Below are positions 59,920-64,000 of a DNA stretch of 64,000 nucleotides, piece by piece. The position numbers and the translations under genes were made by a program. The notes below the pieces were generated by a model. That model ran no database searches and was not told where the DNA came from. It saw only the letters and a program-made list of their open reading frames with translations. Origin of the DNA: an uncultured Aquimarina sp. (GTDB lineage: Bacteria; Bacteroidota; Bacteroidia; Flavobacteriales; Flavobacteriaceae); the NCBI GenBank assembly GCA_947501475.1, contig CANMWA010000009.1, positions 76,308 through 140,307 of the forward strand, in the 5' to 3' direction. Position 1 is the stretch's first letter; each line of letters starts with the position of its first letter.

Positions 59920-61935
59920 TTACTTCCTAACGATAAACTCACTTCTTCTATTTTCTTGATGCTCTTCTTCGGTACAAGGCACGTCGTTTTTACATTTGTT
60001 AAGTAATCTTCTTTCGCCATAAGCTTTACCTCTAATTCTTCGCCAATAAATATCTCCTTCTTCGACAATATATTTTATGGTAGCTCTCATTCGTTTAACG
60101 CTCAGTCTTTTATTATACCAATAACTCGATCTGCTATCGGTGTGAGATCGAACCTCAATTTTTAAATCTGGATGCGTGTTCATTGTAGAAATAATCTTTT
60201 GTAATTCTACTTCAGCTTCAGGAGTAATTATAGAATCATCAAGGCCAAAATAAATAGGCTCCATCTGTAAGACTTTTGATAAGTCATCTCCAACATTTAC
60301 AGCAACCGAGGTCAATAATTTATCACCGTCGTTTATAGAGTTTAATGGAAGAGGAACTTCGTTTACAAATTCTAAAACATCATCTGTAGTTAAGGTTATT
60401 TCTTTTGGAGTATATTCTTCTAAGTTTATTTTTATAAGATAATCGGTATTACAATCTACATTAAAGTTATAATTACCAGTAGTATTCGACGTTGTTTCAG
60501 CTATTTGATTTCCAACAGAATCTATTAATGTAACAGTAACATTTGGTAGACTTTCATTAGTTTGGCTATTATAAACGGTGCCTTCAATATATTGCTTACA
60601 TGAAGTTATTAATTCTTCGGTTTGTTTAAAACTATAAATATCATCATTTCCTTTTCCTCCTTTTCGATTACTGGCAAAATACCCAATTTTGGTATCCTCA
60701 TTAAGCACAAAAGTAAAATCATCTTTTGGGCTATTTACAGGCCTACCAACATTAAATGCCGAAGAAAATCCTGATTCTTGAGGTACAGCAATAAAAATAT
60801 CTAAACCACCTAAGCCTACATGACCATCACTAGAAAAATATAAACTACCGCTATCACTTATATATGGAAAAGTTTCTCGACCTTCGGTATTAATATTATC
60901 TCCTAAATTTTTGGGCTGACCAAATTTTCCATTACCTAATACATCAACAACAAATAAATCCGATTGACCTAATGTGCCTGGCATATCACTTGCAAAGTAT
61001 AGTTTTTTACCATCAGCACTTAATGAAGGGTGTGATACAGAGTAATTATCGCTTGTAAATGGAAGCTCTTTAATATCTGCCCATTTCCCCTCTTTCATAG
61101 TTGCCATATATATTTTTAATAATACAACACCTTTTTTGCTAGTTCCTAACTTATTATTGAAGTAGTTGTTCCTAGAAAAATATACAGTTTTACCATCTTT
61201 ACTAAAACTTGTCGACGATTCATGAAATTTAGTATTGATTTTGCCTTTTAATTTTACTGGTGGCTCTAATGCAATTTGGTCTTCTTTGATATTTGAAGAA
61301 AATAGATCTAAAAATGGCATACTATTCCATCCATGTATCTTAGAGTCTTTTTTTTCTTTGCCCCTAGATGATGCAAAAATAATCTGGTTTTGGTTATTAA
61401 AACTTGGTGCGTATTCTGAGTTTTTAGAATTGATATTCAGTGTATAGAGTTCGTATTTACCCGATTGCAATTCGATAAAATCTAAATAATCTCTTTTTTT
61501 AACAAACGACAGCGCTCTTTTATCGTTTCCAGTAATGGTATTAAACTGATCCATAACTTGGTCAGCTTCTTTGTAACGTTCTACACTTTTTAAACTTTGT
61601 GCATATCGAAATAGATATTCAGGACTAAAATCATTTGGATAGGTATTGATTAATTTTTCATACCACTCCATCGATTTTTCTAATTCTCCGGTAAAATAAA
61701 ACGAATCGGCAAGTTTTTGATAAAGCAAAGGCGACGAGTATTCTTTTTGAGCCACATCAAGATAGATTGCCCTAGCATCTATATAGGCAAATGCGTTAAA
61801 ACGTTCATCGGCTTTTGTTATGTTTTTTTCAAAATCTTGGGCTGTGAGACTTAATGATAAAAGTAAAAAAATGTATGCTAGTAATGAATTACTTTTTGCA
61901 GTAGTAAAAAAAGAAATTAATAAGTAATCTTTCAA
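59920..61935 (-). CDS. OmpA-family protein with TPR, PD40 and CarboxypepD_reg domains (PorE-like)
   Basis: INTKFHESSTSFSKDG, SHPSLSADGKKLYFASD, GHVGLGGLDIF, NSPKDDF, HTDSR...YN..LS, NRRSEF. Confidence 0.9.
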   Translation of the reverse strand: MKDYLLISFFTTAKSNSLLAYIFLLLSLSLTAQDFEKNITKADERFNAFAYIDARAIYLDVAQKEYSSPLLYQKLADSFYFTGELEKSMEWYEKLINTYPNDFSPEYLFRYAQSLKSVERYKEADQVMDQFNTITGNDKRALSFVKKRDYLDFIELQSGKYELYTLNINSKNSEYAPSFNNQNQIIFASSRGKEKKDSKIHGWNSMPFLDLFSSNIKEDQIALEPPVKLKGKINTKFHESSTSFSKDGKTVYFSRNNYFNNKLGTSKKGVVLLKIYMATMKEGKWADIKELPFTSDNYSVSHPSLSADGKKLYFASDMPGTLGQSDLFVVDVLGNGKFGQPKNLGDNINTEGRETFPYISDSGSLYFSSDGHVGLGGLDIFIAVPQESGFSSAFNVGRPVNSPKDDFTFVLNEDTKIGYFASNRKGGKGNDDIYSFKQTEELITSCKQYIEGTVYNSQTNESLPNVTVTLIDSVGNQIAETTSNTTGNYNFNVDCNTDYLIKINLEEYTPKEITLTTDDVLEFVNEVPLPLNSINDGDKLLTSVAVNVGDDLSKVLQMEPIYFGLDDSIITPEAEVELQKIISTMNTHPDLKIEVRSHTDSRSSYWYNKRLSVKRMRATIKYIVEEGDIYWRRIRGKAYGERRLLNKCKNDVPCTEEEHQENRRSEFIVRK

Positions 61936-62098
61936 ATGTCCCAGTATTTATTAATAGATAAATTGTTTCCACGGGGTGTTTGAAAACTTGCTCGAATCTA
62001 AAATTATAAAAAAAATCAAATTAAATTAACAGAATACTAATTATTTGCTAACCATTTTTGCTTTTTAAATGTTAACAAATCAATAATGCCATTATGAA

Positions 62099-62130
62099 TT
62101 GTTTTCTTGTTTAATATTCATCTACCTTTG
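62099..62130 (+). promoter_or_regulatory. Bacteroidota sigma70-type promoter of era
   Basis: TTG (62099-62101), 21-nt spacer, TACCTTTG (62123-62130), 15 nt upstream of the ATG. Confidence 0.65.
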
Positions 62131-62145
62131 CATAAAATTAAGAGT

Positions 62146-63027
62146 ATGGCTCATAAAGCAGGTTTTGTAAATATTATTGGCAATCCCAATGTTGGTAAAT
62201 CTACATTGATGAACGCTTTTATAGGAGAAAAACTATCTATAATAACATCTAAGGCACAAACAACCAGACATCGAATTCTAGGGATTGTTAATGGAGATGA
62301 GTTTCAGGTAATTTTATCAGATACCCCAGGGATTATAAAACCAGCTTACGAACTTCAGGAATCTATGATGGGTTTTGTGAAGTCTGCTTTTGAAGATGCA
62401 GATATATTAATTTATATGGTAGAAATTGGAGAAAAAGAACTCAAGGATGAAGCTTTTTTTAATAAAATACAGAGCGCTAAAATCCCAGTATTACTTCTAC
62501 TAAACAAAATAGATCTGTCTGACCAAGAAAAACTTGAAGAACAGATGCAGTTTTGGATACAAAAAGTACCTAATGCCGAGGTATATCCCATCTCTGCTTT
62601 AGAAAATTTTAATGTAAAAGAAGTATTTAATCGTTTGGTTGAACTGTTGCCTGATTCTCCAGCATTTTACCCAAAAGATCAATTAACAGATAAGCCCGAA
62701 CGTTTTTTTGTAAATGAAGCAATTAGAGAAAAGATTTTACTGCATTACAAGAAAGAGATCCCATATGCTGTAGAAGTTGAAACCGAAGAGTTTGTCGAAG
62801 ACGAAGATATTATCAGAATTCGATCGGTAATTATGGTCGAGAGAGATTCTCAAAAAGGAATTATTATTGGCCATAAAGGATCTGCATTAAAAAAAGTAGG
62901 TACCGAAGCTAGAAAAGATCTAGAAAAGTTTTTTGGAAAAAAAATACACATAGAACTCTATGTGAAAATTAATAAAAACTGGAGAAGTAATCAACGGCAA
63001 TTAAAACGTTTTGGCTATAATAATTAA
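62146..63027 (+). CDS. era: GTPase Era
   Basis: GFVNIIGNPNVGKSTL, AQTTRHRI, DTPG, NKID, ISAL, KH domain GIIIGHKG. ATG at 62146. Confidence 0.98.
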   Translation: MAHKAGFVNIIGNPNVGKSTLMNAFIGEKLSIITSKAQTTRHRILGIVNGDEFQVILSDTPGIIKPAYELQESMMGFVKSAFEDADILIYMVEIGEKELKDEAFFNKIQSAKIPVLLLLNKIDLSDQEKLEEQMQFWIQKVPNAEVYPISALENFNVKEVFNRLVELLPDSPAFYPKDQLTDKPERFFVNEAIREKILLHYKKEIPYAVEVETEEFVEDEDIIRIRSVIMVERDSQKGIIIGHKGSALKKVGTEARKDLEKFFGKKIHIELYVKINKNWRSNQRQLKRFGYNN

Positions 63028-63430
63028 TCTATTTATTAAGAATTCTAAATGAGTATGTTAACTAATTATTTGTAGTTTTTTTCTTACTTATATTTTTTAA
63101 TTGTGTTTTTTAAGGGTTAAAATGAGTGTTTTAACGTTTTAATGAGGTTTTGTAGCTGATTTTCAACGGTTAATCTCTATTTTAGGAATCCAAATTTCTA
63201 AAAGCCCTAATTATGAAACATACAATACTTCTTCACACTTGCTTATTAAGCAGTTAGTTAATCAAAATTTTAATTATGTATAAAACAGGAAAGAAATATC
63301 TTTTGATGGTTTATACATAGTTATATGTTTTTGATTGAAGATCTATAATAAGATTATCTTTTCTAATTACGAATACCCCTAATATATTTGCTAATCAATT
63401 CATTTTAATGAATTAAATAAAACAACAACA

Positions 63431-64000
63431 ATGTCAAAACTTACATGTAAACTTAATGTTTTAAGCAAAAAAATATCGAAATTCGATACTCCTTTGTTTT
63501 TTAGCTTAATAATGATGGTAATTTTTATTACTACCGCTGGATTTAATGAGGTAGAAGATAAAAAAAATAGTGATCCACTTGACGATAACATCTGTACACT
63601 CACAGTAGATGCTGGAGAAGATGTTAGACTTTGTGATCAAAGCGAGGTGATTCTTACAGCTTCAGTGTCGGGACAATCACAATGCACCGATTGCGCCAAT
63701 GTATATAAAATTGAGAACACTTTAGAGTGTAGAAAAAATTACAATTATGTACTTTGGTTGAAAGATGATAAAAAAAATAAGGTAAGAACTTTTTCTAATG
63801 TAGATTTAAGTTGGAGCGAATTTGCAGATGGAACGGCAACGTTAAAAGGAACTGTAGTTGATAATAATGATGCGCAAATCACTTTAGATGTCGATGTAAC
63901 TTATTCTGGTAAAACTACTACAAAACCTCAAAATAGCCCAAAAAATCATTTTTGCTATACTGAAAACTCTAATGGATGGATTTATTATACGGGTGTAACA
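63431..64000 (+). CDS. N-terminus of a large secreted/adhesin-like protein (probable T9SS cargo), 3' truncated by window edge
   Basis: Translated by hand: open from the ATG at 63431 to the window end; hydrophobic FFSLIMMVIFITTAG, then CTLTVDAGEDVRLCDQSEVILTASVSG Ig-like motif. Absent from the ORF track because it has no stop in the window. Confidence 0.65.
   Translation, partial: MSKLTCKLNVLSKKISKFDTPLFFSLIMMVIFITTAGFNEVEDKKNSDPLDDNICTLTVDAGEDVRLCDQSEVILTASVSGQSQCTDCANVYKIENTLECRKNYNYVLWLKDDKKNKVRTFSNVDLSWSEFADGTATLKGTVVDNNDAQITLDVDVTYSGKTTTKPQNSPKNHFCYTENSNGWIYYTGVT

Noticed and set aside
2633-63603. The many other 60-270-aa ORFs in the track nested in or antisense to long genes (e.g. 5910-6155, 20954-21274, 33883-36953 set, 39792-41132 set, 44105-45905 set, 48134-52315 set, 55616-57282 set, 59110-59433, 63400-63603)
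   Set aside because: Fully overlapped by well-supported CDSs, with no recognisable motifs; expected shadow frames.

Overview
AT-rich Flavobacteriaceae-type (Bacteroidota) chromosomal window. The taxon is inferred from gene content, TAnnTTTG promoters and T9SS-type genes, and cannot be confirmed. Left to right: (1) The 3' end of an iron-acquisition island: an IucA/IucC-type siderophore synthetase, a membrane acyltransferase-like gene and an RpfF-like (DSF synthase-type) crotonase in one operon. A PchR-like AraC gene and a TonB receptor/DUF4374 lipoprotein/PepSY uptake trio with a candidate Fur box follow. (2) A transmembrane TPR-AraC regulator followed by two tandem double-glycine Cys-containing peptide genes, with a shared 16-bp motif upstream of the peptides and of a divergent AraC gene. 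(3) A DUF5916 outer-membrane protein and a LytS/LytTR two-component pair. (4) A ~34.5 kb extracellular contractile injection system (eCIS, Afp/PVC/AlgoCIS-like, 19984-54449) with an apparently complete structural gene set. Its accessory content is unusual: a DUF4157 protein ending in a His-Me-finger nuclease with an adjacent SUKH-like immunity gene, a 21/42-nt periodic structured spacer, two paralogous fibre-like proteins each carrying a Cys-bounded vWA cassette at a different site, three tandem DxD glycosyltransferase-like genes between them, and a muramidase without a visible holin. (5) A propeller-GAF sensor with no output domain, a SpoU methylase, a heptad-periodic repeat, a Na+/alanine symporter, an OmpA/PD40 protein, era, and the start of a large secreted protein. 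No rRNA, tRNA, CRISPR array, IS or integrase was seen. All family calls come from motif recognition by eye, not database searches.
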